Shown: positions 1 to 15,020, counted from the stretch's first letter. The stretch: DNA of 64,000 bases from Octopus vulgaris (GCA_951406725.2 OX597838.1:22506001-22570000), one strand, 5' to 3'. Numbers and translations are program-made. The notes: generated from the sequence alone by a model not told the origin.

Positions 1-292
1 GCAATACTACTACTACTACCACCACCACTACCACCACTACCACTACAACCACTACCATCGCCACTACTACAGCTAACAGCAATACTACTACTACTACCAC
101 CACCACCACCACTACCACCACTACCACCGCCACCACTACAGCTAAAAGGTATACTACTACTACCACCACTACCACCACTACAGCTATTAGCAATACTACT
201 ACTACTACCACCACTACTACCACCACTACCACCGCCACCACTACAGCTACTACTACCACCACTACCACCGCCATCACTACAGCTAATAGTAC
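1..292. repeat. Degenerate (ACT/ACC)n trinucleotide repeat
   Basis: Runs of ACT/ACC triplets with a recurring GCAATACTACTAC motif at 1, 79 and 190. Confidence 0.9.
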
Positions 293-542
293 TTTCTTCT
301 ATCCGTCTTCTTACCACCAACAGTAAAAGCACCATTTACAGTAAATTTTTTTAAATCACATTCCTCGACACATTTACATCTAAAATTAATTAAATAAATA
401 AATACGTGAGAATAAACAGATTTCCGCTGCGTCTTATATTTTATTTATGTATTTTTGCTGTGGTGGTTGTTCTTTCTTTTTTCTTTTTTTTTTTTCATTT
501 CTCCCTCGGTTTCCAGATTTCAGACAGTTTTCCCTATTGACT

Positions 543-601
543 ACTTCCGGTGACTTCCGGTTACTTCCGATCTTACGAGAATAGAAGTCGGCCATATTTT
601 T
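543..601 (-). promoter_or_regulatory. Candidate promoter motif cluster (3 ETS-type sites, TCTCGCGAGA-like site, YY1-like site)
   Basis: ACTTCCGG at 543 and 553 and ACTTCCGA at 563 (10-bp spacing), TCTTACGAGA at 571-580, and minus-strand AAAATATGGCCGAC at 588-601. Confidence 0.45.
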
Positions 602-668
602 AGCTTCGTTACACAAAACATACATTAGCTGCAATAAATACTTTCACTGCACTACCACTACTACTACC

Positions 669-766
<98 letters not shown>

Positions 767-1342
767 AAGTGTGTGTGTATGTGTATGTGTGTGTTCAGGT
801 GTATGAATGTAAGACCGTGTGTGTGTGTGTTACCGTGTATGCGTCTGCGTATGTGTGCAAGTGTGTGATCGAGTGATTGTGTAAGCGAGTGTTAGTGTGT
901 GTGTGAGAGAGAGAGAGAAAGTGTGTGCGCGCTTGCCTATGTGTGTGTGTGTGTGTGTGTGTGCATGTGTATCTGTGTGTGTTTAGAACGGCTGAACAGC
1001 GATATGTATAACTATAGACTTGTTACCAGTCCAAATATTCTTGTGACATATTCGAACCCGTAAGAATCTATTCAGCGTCTTTTCTCCAAGACAAAAACAC
1101 AGCGAGTGGCTTCCTTGCGCGTTCGAATATGCCCAAAGGTAACAAGCTTGTATATCATTGTTTAGTTTTATTTCAAGATTTCTTGCGCATAGAGAAAGAG
1201 TCAGCTTCTAACTTAGATCCAAGACTCTTTCATTGGAATTTCAACAATATATATATATATATATATACGTATGTATGTATATATAAACATAAAGATATAC
1301 ATATACACAAACGTATATATTATATATATATGCATGTATATT

Positions 1343-1399
<57 letters not shown>

Positions 1400-1771
1400 T
1401 TATATAGTAGATATATGTTACGAAAAGAAAATATAAAATACACGTGGAAATGTAAGGGTAAAATATGAAAAATCAAAGAAAATGCACATTGCAAATAGAA
1501 AAAGGCTATTTATGACAGGTAACAACAAATATATACATTTAGATTGACTGAGGTAGTAATACGAGTCATAAAAGTCATTATTATGAGATGATTATAGGAT
1601 GATAATAAAGTAAGAGAACAAAACGAACCAGTGGTTTACGCGAAGGCTATTCATCGTTTGAACAACACCGGTTAATATATATATATGCATACATATACAC
1701 ACACATATTTATATGTATATATATTTATACACACAGACACACACATGTACATATGTATATACATATGCACA

Positions 1772-1816
<45 letters not shown>

Positions 1817-1857
1817 GCGCATACCTACATATATATGTATATATACATGCATATATG

Positions 1858-2036
1858 GGTACAGGACGTCATAAAAAACGTGAACAAAATGAAAGAACGA
1901 GAACATAAAAAGACAAAGGCATGGAAAATGAATTTTTGGGGACAACAAAAGAAACAAATAGAGAAACGAGACAGGCAACATAAAGAACAATCCCTTCAGC
2001 AGTTGTCCCCTGTTTTATCTACTCCGCGTTTCGAAG
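1858..2036 (-). mobile_element. Short microsatellite-embedded repeat, family G (other copies 28379-28520, 46996-47161)
   Basis: Three copies share ACAGGACGT...CCCTTCA(T/G)CAG...ACTCC...TTTC, each flanked by TA-rich microsatellite. Confidence 0.7.
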
Positions 2037-2083
2037 ATATATATGTGTGTGCGTGTGTGCTTACACATAGTTATATGTATATA

Positions 2084-2162
<79 letters not shown>

Positions 2163-2694
2163 ATGCATGTGTGTATATAGATAGATGGAGAGTTAAACAG
2201 AGACAGACAGATGACAGAGAAATGAATGTAATGTTATGTTACTGATAAGATATTTAAATGCAGAACAAAATGTGAAGTCGAATTAAATGTGTTTTCGTAT
2301 CTTCTAATAACCACACACTCACTCACACACACTCACAGACACACACACACACATACACACACACATACACACACACGCACGCACGTTATATTTATATTAT
2401 AATTCTGAAAATATATCAGGAATGTTTTGCCAAGTGTGAAAATTCACGGGAGTACAAAACAAAACTGGGGCTATCATAGATAACCTAATATACGGATTTA
2501 GACTGACTAAACACACACACACAAAACACACACGCGTGTATGTATGTATGTATGTATGTATGTATGTATGTATGTATGTATGTATGTATGTAGGGCAATT
2601 ATTCAGTGAACGTTATTAACCTAATAAATAAGACATTGTATAAAACAACAAAACCATGTTCAAAGGTTTTTTTCAGCCTATTCGCCATCGTGGA

Positions 2695-2747
2695 ACACCA
2701 TCACTATCATCACCATCATCATCATCATCATCATCCTCATCCTTGCT

Positions 2748-2781
<34 letters not shown>

Positions 2782-2792
2782 CCACCACCACC

Positions 2793-2823
<31 letters not shown>

Positions 2824-2857
2824 CCATCATCATGATCATCATCATGATCATCATCAC

Positions 2858-2893
<36 letters not shown>

Positions 2894-2975
2894 TATCGCC
2901 ATCATCGTCATCGCCATCATCATCATTACGGTCACCACCACCACCACCACCACCACCACCACCACCGCCATCATC
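2695..2975. repeat. (CAT/CAC)n trinucleotide microsatellite
   Basis: Direct inspection; source of the poly-His/Ile/Met ORFs. Confidence 0.95.
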
Positions 2976-3092
2976 TTATTTGTCAATGACCCTCTCCGCT
3001 GTTGTTGTGACAGAAAAGTTCTGGAACCTCACCAAATACCTCGCATTCATATTGTGACAACTTTTTGTCAACTGGATTCCCCATTCTATGTG

Positions 3093-3125
<33 letters not shown>

Positions 3126-3439
3126 GCATGTGTGTATGTGTATGTATGTATGTATGTATGTATGCATGCATGGATGAATGTATGTATACACACACATACA
3201 CACATATGCACATGTTATGAATATATATTTATGTACTTAAAAGTATGCTATTTATACAAAAACAAATATACAAACATATGTATATATATACATACATACA
3301 TATATATATACATATATACACACACATACACACACACATATATGTTTATGTATGTATAAAGTGTACACGCATATACACAACTTAAGCTCACATGGATACA
3401 GTAGCATACACACGTATACACGTAAATATATGCATATAT

Positions 3440-4075
3440 ATATATATATATGAGTGTGTGTGTGTGTGTATGTACGTATATATGTATGTACGTATGTATG
3501 TTTGTGTGTATGTTTGTACGTATGTACGTATGTATGTATGTACGTATGTATGTATGTATGTATGTATGTATGTATGTATGTACGTATGTATGTATGTATG
3601 TACGTATGTATGTATGTACGTATCTATATATGTATGATGTATGTATGTATGTATGTATGTATGTATATATATGTATGTATGTACGTATGTATGTATGTAT
3701 GTATGTATGTATGTATGTATGTATGTATGTATGTACGTATGTATGTATGTGTGTGTATCTATGTATTTATGTGTATATGTATGTATGTATGTACGTATGT
3801 ATGTACGTACGCATGTATGTACGTATATATCTATGTGTGTATGTATGTATGTGTGTGTATGTACGTAAGTATGTATGTATGTACGTACGTATGTACGTAT
3901 ATATCTATGTGTGTATGTATGTATGTATGTATGTATGTATGTATGTACGTACGTATGTATGTATGTACGTACGTATGTATGTACGTACGTATGTATGTAT
4001 GTACGTATGTATGTATGTATGTATTTGTGCGTGTGTGTGTGTATGTATGCATGTATGTATGTGTGTATGTATGCA
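3440..4075. repeat. (TATG/TACG)n tetranucleotide array
   Basis: Direct inspection; a similar array lies at 20677-21236. Confidence 0.95.
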
Positions 4076-4545
4076 GGCGTGTGACTACGGATGATGGTAC
4101 GGTGGCTGTGGAAGTGACGATATCGGAATCTATTTAATATGCTCGAAACATCTCCAAAACTATTTTAATTATTCATCTAAAAATAGATCATGTGACCTTC
4201 GAATGACTCTGTTTTGCCACCATCATGATGTGTGTGTGTGTATGCATGCCTGCCTGTGTGTGCTTGGGTGCATGCATGTGTGTGTGTGTGTTTGTGTGTG
4301 TGATCAATATAGGTAAAAATACAGGCAAAAGGTTTGCAATAAAGTGTGACATGTGTGTCTGTGTGGGTACAGTTATATATGTATGTATACATATACATAT
4401 GTATGTATATGCGTATATATATACATATATATGCACATATATGTATATATATGTATATATATCTGTGTATTTATCTATGTATATATGTATACATATATAT
4501 ATATGCACATATATGTATATATATGTATATATGTATCTATGTATT

Positions 4546-4577
<32 letters not shown>

Positions 4578-4697
4578 CACACATTTATGTATGTATATAT
4601 ATTTATAAATATATATTCATATGTATATACACATATACATGCATATGTATATGTATACGCATATATATGTATATGTATGCATACGTGCATGTATATG

Positions 4698-4745
<48 letters not shown>

Positions 4746-4763
4746 GTATGTATGTATATGTAC

Positions 4764-4804
<41 letters not shown>

Positions 4805-4851
4805 CTGTCGCACAGTTTTTCTATTTATGTTTATGTGTATATATCGATCCT

Positions 4852-4886
<35 letters not shown>

Positions 4887-5673
4887 TCCATAGTGGTCGA
4901 ACGGAGTAGTACGAAGCTCACATGATCTCTTTTGAGATGAATTATTCAGTTGGCAAACGCGAGTTTCAGTGTTACATCCGCAGCGGGACTGAACCCAAAT
5001 CCACGTGATTCGTGCTTTTAAGAGGTCCATGCGTGCTTAACACTGTACGCGAATACATATTTCTGGGCCGATGTATACATTCATAGTTATCACTTTGCAA
5101 ACAAAGAGTTGCCGGGTTCGATCCTACGTGGCATCTTGGGCAAGTGTTATTGCGCAAAAAAAAAAAACAAAGACCCATACCTTGTAAATGAAATTGGGTG
5201 AACAGAAACTGTACTGAAGCCTGCTCTATCTCACAAGCACTGTCACGCTAATTCTGATTGAGAATTACGCTAGGGGAACATATGTCCGTGGAACACTCAG
5301 CCTATTAGAGGCAAAATTCAGTTAGCAAAGGAATTCAGTTGATCGATGCCCTGAAACCCTCGTCGTCGAATGACGGAGATCCACTTGAACATATTGCCCC
5401 AGGAGGGTAACTACGAGCCAAGTGTCGACATCATCACTGACGTCCTCCATGACGACACACTCTTTCTTCCTACTTCTATCGCCCCTCGCTCATATAAAGC
5501 CTTTTTATTATATCACGTTACCTCTCTAATTCACTCTATATTATAGGGCCCTGGCTTCCTCTTACTTTCCCTCACGTACATACCCTATATCTTTCTCTTA
5601 AATTTTTAATTGTAATCCTAGCACACGTGAATGACTGACTCGCTTGCCAGCTGACTGATAGCCCTCGTTCTTC

Positions 5674-5738
<65 letters not shown>

Positions 5739-6041
5739 GTGCTCTCATTCTCTCTATCGCTCTCAATAACTGACCTTATGATTATCTGTCTCCTTCTTGC
5801 ACCACTCTCATCACAGCCACAACGTTCTACTTTCCGCACACGTTCTACTCACCGCGTCAGAAACATGGAAACTGTCATGCGTAAGAGAGACACGTGACTA
5901 TGTTATTATCAAATTAAAATGTATAAATATATTTATGTGTGTTTGAGAGCATGTGCGTATGTGTATGTATGTGTGTTTGTATGCATGTACGCACACATCC
6001 ACAGATATCTCTCCTTCTCTCGCTATGTATGTGCCTCTATG

Positions 6042-6106
<65 letters not shown>

Positions 6107-6594
6107 GCTTGTATGTATGTATGTATGTATGTATGTATGTATGTATGTATGTATGTATGTATGTATGTATGTATGTATGTATGAATGTATGTAGGCATGC
6201 TTTAAGTAATGCCTGGCTCTCCATCAGTTACGATGACGAGAGTTCCAGTTGATCCGACCAACGGAACAGCCTGCTCGTGAAATAAACATGAATGTGGCTG
6301 AGCACTCCACAGACACGCGTACCCTTAATCTCAAGAAGATTCGGCGATTACCCTAGCCAAAAAGCCGATTTCTCATTACTTTACATAACACACCCACACA
6401 TACATAAATATATAAAGAGATTATAGGCCACACCGGCCATTGGGGTGTGTGGAGCTAAGCGCTTTATGGGCATAAAATCTTGGGTTAACCCAATGAACCG
6501 ACCATAACTAACGTTCTCTAAATACTCCACTGCTCTATTACTTAGAATGTGCTTCTCTTTCGGATTTATCATTTACTGATGCATGTATATATAT

Positions 6595-6625
<31 letters not shown>

Positions 6626-6750
6626 AAGGTTGGGTTTAATGTTGCTTTGGATATACCCCGCCTTTTCTACTCTCTCAGGCCGCATATATGTGTGTGTGGG
6701 TGTGTGTGTGTATGATGTGTGTGTGTGTCACTTTTATGCGTCATTTATAT

Positions 6751-6894
6751 GGTTCCGGGTTCAGTCCCACTGCGTGACACCTTAAGCAAGTGTCTTCTAC
6801 TATAGCCTCGGGCCAACCAAAGCCTTGTCAGTGGATTTGGTAGACGGAAACTGAAAGAAGCTCGTCATATACGTATATTGTGTACACATGTATG

Positions 6895-6939
<45 letters not shown>

Positions 6940-7210
6940 ATGTATGTATATGTATGTATATGTATGTATATGTATATATATATATATATTTATGCATGTG
7001 TGTATATATGTTTGTGTGTCTGTTTGTCCCAGCAACATCACTTGACAACCGATGCTGGTGTGTTTACATCGCCGTAACTTAGCGGTTCGCCAAAAGAGAC
7101 CGATAGAATAAGTACTAGGCTTACAAAGAATAAGTCGATTTGCGCGACTAAAGGCGGTGCTCCAGCATGACCACAGTCAAATGACTGAAACAAGTAAAAG
7201 AGAGTAAAAG
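6751..7210 (+). mobile_element. SINE family A, 5'-truncated, with internal TA/TG microsatellite
   Basis: GGTTCCGGGTTCAGTCCCACTGCG head and TGACTGAAACAAGTAAAAGAG tail, matching the full copies at 9107 and 43836. Confidence 0.85.
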
Positions 7211-7236
7211 GGAACATTGTTTCAGTACGTTGTGTT

Positions 7237-7296
<60 letters not shown>

Positions 7297-7854
7297 ATGT
7301 ACATGTATTTGTGTGTGTGCATATGTGTGTATTATGCCATTTTTATATATGTATCGTTCAGTATGTTGTGCATACATGTGTGTGCGTGTGTGTGTGTGTA
7401 TGCATGTATTTGTATAATAAGAGTGTGTGTCTGTATAATGTGTCATCATTTTGATATGTGCATCATTTCGGTACGTTACGCGAGCGTGTGTGCGGGAGCG
7501 CGTGCGGTGGCGGGAGCTCGCGCATGCGTGCTTGCGTCTGTTTTGTCAACTTTCTGTGTTTCTAGGTCACCACAGAATTACATCAGTAATGACATCAACA
7601 ACATGAAATAAGACGCTTGAATGCAGTTGCATATTGATGTCATACGCATGCATATACATACACACACACATGCATAAACACACACACACACATACGTACA
7701 TGCATACATACATACATACATACATACATACATACATACATACATACATACATACATACATACATACATGTACTTATGTATGTAAGTATGCATGTTTGTA
7801 TGTTTATATATAAGACGTCAACGAAAATTTTCTAGACATGTTCTTGACCACCAG

Positions 7855-8359
7855 ACTGGTACTTAATTTATCGATCCCGAAAGGATGAAAGGCAAAGTCG
7901 ACCCCGGCGGAATTTGAACTCAGAACGTAGCGGCAGACGAAATACCTATTTCTTTACTACCCACAAGGGGCTAAAGACAGAGAGGACAAACAAGGACAGA
8001 TAAACGGATTAAGTCAATTATATCGACCCAATTGCGTAACTGGTACTTAACTTATCGATCCCGAAACGATGAAAGGCAAAGTCGACCCCGGCGGAATTTG
8101 AACTCAGAACGTAGCGGCAGACGAAATACCTATTTCTTTACTACCCACAAGGGGCTACACACAGAAGGGACAAACAATGACAGACAAACGGCTTAAGTCG
8201 ATTATATCGACACCAGTGCGTAACTGGTACTTATTTAATCGACCCCGAAACGATGAAAGGCAAAGTCGACTTCGGCGGAATTTGAACTCAGAACGTAGCG
8301 GCAGACGATATACCGCTAAGCATTTCGCCCGGCGTGCTAACATTTCTGCCAGCTCACCT
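7855..8359 (-). mobile_element. SINE family B, head plus ~2.5 tandem body units
   Basis: Reverse complement of the GAGCTGGCAGAAA..TTAGCACG head; body repeats with the same junction (GAAATAG|GTATTTCG) as the 17.5-kb array. Confidence 0.85.
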
Positions 8360-9106
8360 GTAATAATAACAATAAAAATGGCAGAGGAAGTAAAGAATTA
8401 TCTGGGGCACTTCACAGAAACAGAAGTGAATACCAGGTTATTGATGATATCATTCAATAGACGAGAACGTGGCCTTGAAAAAAAAAAGAAAAAAACTGTA
8501 AAGAAAGATAGAAAAAACCCAACAAAAACAAAACAAAAATCACAGCTAGGTTAAGAAACATGATTTGCAATGGCATAAATTCAGGTTCAGTTCCACTGCA
8601 CGGCACCTCATGAAAGAGTGCCCTACTATAGAATGGGCCGACCAAAGTTATGTAAATGAATTTGGTGGACGGAAACTGTGCAGAAGCTCGTTCTATATCT
8701 ATTTATATATAATTATATATATGTGTGTGTGTGTGTGTGTGTTTGAGTCGATGTTTGTCCCACTCCTATTACTTGACAACCGATGTTCGTTTGGTTACGT
8801 CCGAGTGATAATTTTGTGTTTGTGGGTTCGATTTGTTCGAGTGAAACTGTTCAAGGCGGTGCCCCAGCATGGCCGCAGTCCAACGATTGAAAAATGTAAA
8901 CGATGAACTCTACAGACTTTGAGATTGAAATAGCACTTTGGATCATTGCTTGCCGCATCAGGACTGACCTGGGGCTAAAGAACACCTTTAGCAACAACAA
9001 CAACAACAACAGGAAATAGAACCGAACCAACAGAGTAAACCTCTGGGCGAGCGCCAGATGTGCTAAATATAGCAGCCAAACAAAAAAGAAAGGAAAAAAA
9101 GGGATA

Positions 9107-9279
9107 GGCGCAGGAGTGGCTGTGTGGTAAGTAGCTTGCTTACCAATCACATGGTTCCGGGTTCAGATACCACTGCATGGCACCTTGGGCAAGTGTTATC
9201 TACTATAGCCTCGGGTCGACAAAAGCCTTGTGAGTGGATTTGGTAAATGGAAACTGAAAAGAAGCCCGTCGTATATATG

Positions 9280-9323
<44 letters not shown>

Positions 9324-9555
9324 TGTGTGCGTTTGTGTGTCTGTGTTTGTCCCCCTAGCATTCCTTGACAACCGATGCTGGTGTGTTTGTGTCCCCGTTA
9401 CTTAGCGGTTCGCCAAAAGAGACCGGTAGAATAAGTACTGGGCTTACAAAAGAATAAGTCCCGGGGGTCGAGTTGCTCGATTAAAGGCGGTGCTCCAGCA
9501 TGGCCGCAAGTCAAATGACTGAAACAAGTAAAAGAGAGAAAAGAGTAAAGAGTAA
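9107..9555 (+). mobile_element. SINE family A, full length (tRNA-derived head)
   Basis: GGCGCAGGAGTGGCTGTGTGGTAAG (A-box-like), GGTTCAG (B-box-like), CCTTGGGCAAGT, internal (TA)n(TG)n and AAAGAGT-type tail. Confidence 0.9.
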
Positions 9556-9786
9556 GGACACGTTGAAGAAGAAACTTAGTCCGAGATGCGATTTGTGTGA
9601 AATAACAGACGGGAACGTCACGGCTGGAACAACAATAGCAGCAGCAATGACGTCAGCAACGACGACGATGCGACGACGATAAGAATGACCTCAACAATAA
9701 CAACAACGTCGAGAACAACAACAGGCATTGTGTTGTTTTATTATTCTCACCACACAACTTCCTCTCTTTCTCTCTTTCTCTCTCTG

Positions 9787-9819
<33 letters not shown>

Positions 9820-10827
9820 CTATCTAATCTATTTATCTCTCTCTCTCTCTTTCTCTCTTCATTTAACTTTAATCAGTTCCTCTCGTAACAGATGTCAAGC
9901 AGTCAGAGTGGCTGCTTTCGTCGGTGTGTGGGTGTGAATGTACATGTGTGTGTACGTGTGTGTGTGTGTGTGTACGTACGTGTGTGTGCATGTATGTATG
10001 TGTATGTGTGTGTATGTATACGCGTGTGTTAGGTGTTCAAAAATAACGACAGATGCGAAAGGCGATGGAAATACACACACACACACACATACCACATACA
10101 TATATATATATTATATATATTTATATATATATTTATACACACACACACATACATACACACTCACGCACACACATACACATACGTACCTTCGCTCAGATAT
10201 ATATATATATATATATATACATAGCGTATGACATATGTGCGTACACATACATACATTCATACATACACATACATACAAACACACATACATACACACATAC
10301 ATTCACACGTACATACATACATACATACATACATACATACATACATACATACATACATACATACATTCACACATACATGCATACATACATACACGCATAC
10401 ATACATACTCGTATACAAAAGTACAAGATACCGAATGTGTACTCTTATACGAGGATGGGCTGTAAAGTCCATTGGCTGACTAATGATGGAGGGACGCTAG
10501 ATCTTTGAAATCTTGCATGCGTTAATTTCAACGCTTCTTCAAAATAACTGCATTGTTTCCTTCCAGGTAAACCGACATCTGATGCTTCAAAGAACACTCC
10601 AAATGTAAGTAGCAGCGACTTCTCTTGAAGAATCAAAACAATTTGGCATCGTGATGTTGTCAAGTTATTGCAGAAAAAAGGTTTCATCCCCCAAGGACAT
10701 TCATGTTGACATGGTTACTACATTAGTCGGTGATGCTCCAACTTTATCAACGGAGGAAATGTAGGCGGTTGAATTTAGGATGTGAAGAGAGACTCTGCAA
10801 TTGCAACTGCCGAAGAGAACATTGATC

Positions 10828-11380
10828 ATGTTCACCACACAGTGATACATGGCAGGCAATTGACTACAAATCAAATAGCCAATGCTGTTAGCGTATCTCG
10901 TGAGAGAGTGAAGAGTATATTTTACAATGAATGTTGTCTAACGTCCGTTTCTGCTTAGTGTGTGCCAAATTTGACACCTGATCAAAATCCAGGCTGATCA
11001 TATGAGGGGAAATGTTCACCACACAGTGATACATGGCAGGCAATTGACCACGAATCAAATAGCCAATGCTGTTAGCGTATCTCGTGAGAGAGTTAAGAGT
11101 ATACTTTACAATGAATTTCGTCTAACGTCCGTTTCTGCTTAGTGTGTGCCAAATTTGACACCTGATCAAAATCCAGGCTGATCATATGAGGGGAAATGTT
11201 CACCACACAGTGATACATGGCAGGCAATTGACCACGAATCAAATAGCCAATGCTGTTAGCGTATCTCGTGAGAGAGTGAAGAGTATACTTTACAATGAAT
11301 TTCGTCTAACGTCCGTTTCTGCTTAGTGTGTGCCACATTTGACACCTGATCAAAATCCAGGCTGAACATATCAGGGGAAA
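10828..11380 (+). repeat. 3 x 184-bp tandem duplication inside the mariner fossil
   Basis: ATGTTCACCACACAGTGATAC recurs at 10828, 11012 and 11196. Confidence 0.95.
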
Positions 11381-11726
11381 GTCTGACATTGTTTGTGGCG
11401 GATCTAGCTGGTTTCCTTGAACGTTCCCTAAACCATTTGAGTGTTTCGTCCACCATTTTGAACCAGAGAAAGAGATAATCCGTGCAATGGAAACATTTTA
11501 CCTCACCTGCTTCAAAGAAGGCAAATATCCTTTCATCTGCAGTTTTTTGGGGATGCAAAAGGCAATGTTTTTATTGACTATCTTCAAAAGGGTTACACCA
11601 TCAATGAAGAGAACTATGTTAAGACAGACATGAAAGGTTATCAACACCAAATGCCCAGGAAAACTGAGGAAAGGGCGCCTTGTTTCATCAGGACAATTCC
11701 CCAGCACACAGGTTCTTGCTGTCATG

Positions 11727-11889
11727 TGCAGGAGTGGCTGTGTAGTAAGTAGCTTGCTTATCAACCACATGGTTCCGGGTTCAGTCCCACTGCGTGGCAC
11801 CTTGGGCGAGTGTCTTCTACTACAGCCTCGGGCCGACCAAAGCCTTGTGAGTGGATTTGGTAGACAGAAACTGAAAGAAGCCCGTCGTT

Positions 11890-11968
<79 letters not shown>

Positions 11969-12175
11969 ATGTGTCTGTGTTTGTCCCTCCAGCATCGCTT
12001 GACAACCGATGCTAGTGTGTTTATGTCCCCGTAACTTAGCGGTTCGGCAAAAGCGACCGATAGAATAAGTACTAGGCTTACAGAGAATAAGTCCTGGGGT
12101 CGATTTGCTCGATTAAAGGCAGTGCTCCAGCATGGCAGCAGCCAAATGACTGAAACAAGTAACAGAGTAAAAGAG
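11727..12175 (+). mobile_element. SINE family A nested in the mariner fossil
   Basis: Family A head and tail; transposase-like reading resumes after it (AAVRDCGF). Confidence 0.9.
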
Positions 12176-12721
12176 GGCTGCTGTGCGTGACTGTGGTTTT
12201 AAACTGGTTGATAACCTTCCCAATTTTTCCTGATTTGGGCCCCATCTGACAATCACTTGTTACCCAGAATGAAAAAAAAAAAAACACTTGACTGGGAACC
12301 AGTATCGCAGCGATGATGACGTCATATCTGCTGTTGATGACTTTTTTTTTTGGTGCAACAGGATGAAAGCTTAGCAACAGGATGAAAGCTTCTTCACCAA
12401 TAGGATCCAAGCACAGCAACACCGATGGAAGAAGAGTGCGGACCGCAAGGAGGTGAAGGTGGTGGGGGACTTTTGAAAACTAAACCTCATTTTGTCATAT
12501 TCCGTCAGAGTATCTTGGTCAGACTATGAACTTGTTAGCCGACTCTCTCAAGAGCAGCAGTGGAAAATCCTCGTTCTACGATTTACAATCGGTACTTGAA
12601 AAGAGAGAAGTACCGTCTCTGTAAAACGGAGACGAATATTGTCTTTGTTTTAAATCATTTTTTTTTGGGCCCGTGACCTTTACGGGCATTCGATGTATAT
12701 GCTTATTACTCTCTCTTTACT

Positions 12722-12796
<75 letters not shown>

Positions 12797-12799
<3 letters not shown>

Positions 12800-12930
12800 G
12801 AAAAATACAAACTGGGACAAGAACGTAAAACATTTAGAAGACGATACAAAAAATACGGACGGGACATTTGAAACCTTCAATCTTTAGTCAAGAACCGGAT
12901 CATCCGAGCAATTTCGGCTGATTAATCTTG
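12797..12930 (-). mobile_element. Short (TA)n-embedded repeat, family F (other copies 14433-14566, 45364-45496)
   Basis: Shared AATACAAACTGGGACAAGAACG...GGACGGGACATT...AGTCAAGAACC..ATCATC..GCAATTTCGGCT; orientation inferred. Confidence 0.8.
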
Positions 12931-12936
12931 TTATAT

Positions 12937-13116
12937 ATATTGTTATATTTCGGAATGGTCATTTTGCCAGTTTAGCCAATAAAAACACACGCACTATATA
13001 TTTGGTGTTATTTTGCTTCAGCGTTATTTTTTGGCTAAACTGGCAAAATGACCATTCCGAAATATAACAATATCTGTTTCAACACACGACTTCATATAAA
13101 AAATCTTGCACAACAA
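12937..13116 (+). repeat. 43-bp perfect inverted repeat plus tail related to family H elements
   Basis: 12937-12979 is the reverse complement of 13031-13073. The tail TTCAACACACGA..CATATAAA.AATCTTG resembles the reverse complement of 50097-50160. Confidence 0.85.
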
Positions 13117-13260
<144 letters not shown>

Positions 13261-13635
13261 TTGTGTGTGTGTGCGTGTGTGTGTGTATACAAATTGGGTA
13301 ATTAAAATCTCTTCCGACACGTCTTCTTTCCTCCCTCAAAGAGCCTAAATGTTTCCTAACACATTGTGTTGAGAGAAAGAGAGAAAAACGGAGAGAGAAG
13401 GGGAGATGGAGGGAGAGGGGAGGGGGAGAGGAAAGGAGTGGAAGGTAAGGGGAGAGGGTGGAATGGAGAGGGAGGGGGGAAAGAGTAAGAGAGAGAGCAA
13501 GAGAGAGAGAGAGACGGACATAGAGACAAAGACAGACAGAGACAGACACAGAGACAGAGACAAACACAGGCAAGCAGACAGACAGACAGACAGACGGGCA
13601 AGCAAACAAGGGAGTGTAAGAAAGAGAGAGAGAAG

Positions 13636-13682
<47 letters not shown>

Positions 13683-14318
13683 GGTGATGATGTTAATCTG
13701 TTCAAATGGTGACCGTGAAAATTTTAAAAAACAAAAAAAAAACTAACGAACTTCATGAATATGCATAAGAATAAAACTCCACAGCGACCCCCCCCCCACC
13801 GCCAGCCACCGAACCATCACAATTAGGGACATTCGATTACAATCAATGTAGTCAGCCATGCATGAGGTATGTATGGGATGTTTGAGCTTTTCGCCATACT
13901 CGATTGAGTTTGTTGACGTACAGTGCAAGAGTACCGAGGTCTGAGGTAATCTAGACTTTTCTCTCCCCCCCCCACACACACACGTGATCGATAACTGTCG
14001 AAATATGATCTACTGCAACTGAGCATCAACACCGACGACCGTAAGTATCTTGCATTACACGCGCTCACGCATGCGCACACGCATGCGCACACGCTCGTAC
14101 ATAAGTATATACTGGCCACAGTTAATGTAAAATTGTTCTGTACATCTGTAATCAATTGGTACATTGCCAGGCATTGAGTACTACTTGGAAAGTTCATTGC
14201 CAATTTGTAAGTTGTTTCGCTTGTTTTAAAGACATCACTGATCGTATTTTCGTCATAAGGTCATCGTTATTGATTTATTGGGTCCAGGTCAGCTCTGATG
14301 AAGCAGATATTTTTTTAT

Positions 14319-14415
<97 letters not shown>

Positions 14416-14764
14416 ATATGTATATATATATAAAAACAATAAAAAATAAATACAAACTGGGACAAGAACGTGAAACACCAAGGAGACGACACAAGAACCA
14501 CAGGACGGGACATTCGAAGCCCTCAGTCATCAGTCAAGAACCAGATCATCTTCGCAATTTCGGCTATATATATACATATATATATATATATGTATATATA
14601 AATTTCATAATGATATTTATTCTCCGATTTGAAGTGACAATTTTTAAATATAAACAAATGACCGAAAAATGATGACTAACGTCAGGCTGAATTGAACTCA
14701 CAAATTGACGCTTTCATGGCTCCTTGCGAATCTGATTGGCAAAACGCTCATTCATCAATTTATG

Positions 14765-14893
14765 GTGGGGGGTGATGGGGGGTGATGGGGGTGATGATGA
14801 TGATGATGGTGGTGATGATGATGGTGGTGATGATGATGGTGGTGGTGGTAGTGGTGGTGGTAATGAGGATGATGATGATGGTGGTGGTGGTGG

Positions 14894-14927
<34 letters not shown>

Positions 14928-14978
14928 GATGATGATGATGATGGTGGTGATAGTGGTGGTGGTGGTGATGATGATGAA

Positions 14979-15020
<42 letters not shown>

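Larger units (their letters stand above)
10448..12549 (+). mobile_element. Decayed mariner-type DNA transposon (transposase pseudogene)
   Basis: Degenerate TIRs at 10448-10480 and 12518-12549. Frameshifted remnants: LQKKG..PKDIHVDM, LTTNQIANAVSVSRERV, VPHLTPDQ (WVPHEL-like), SAVFWDAKG..IDYLQKG, FHQDN, and PDL.PSD (YSPDLAPSD-like) near 12225-12250. Confidence 0.85.

Noticed and set aside
1625-1665. Possible decayed hammerhead on the minus strand
   Set aside because: Core and GAAA both mutated; too many assumptions needed.
6381-6572. 63-aa non-repetitive ORF
   Set aside because: No recognisable motif or splice context; possibly a retroelement scrap but unsupported.
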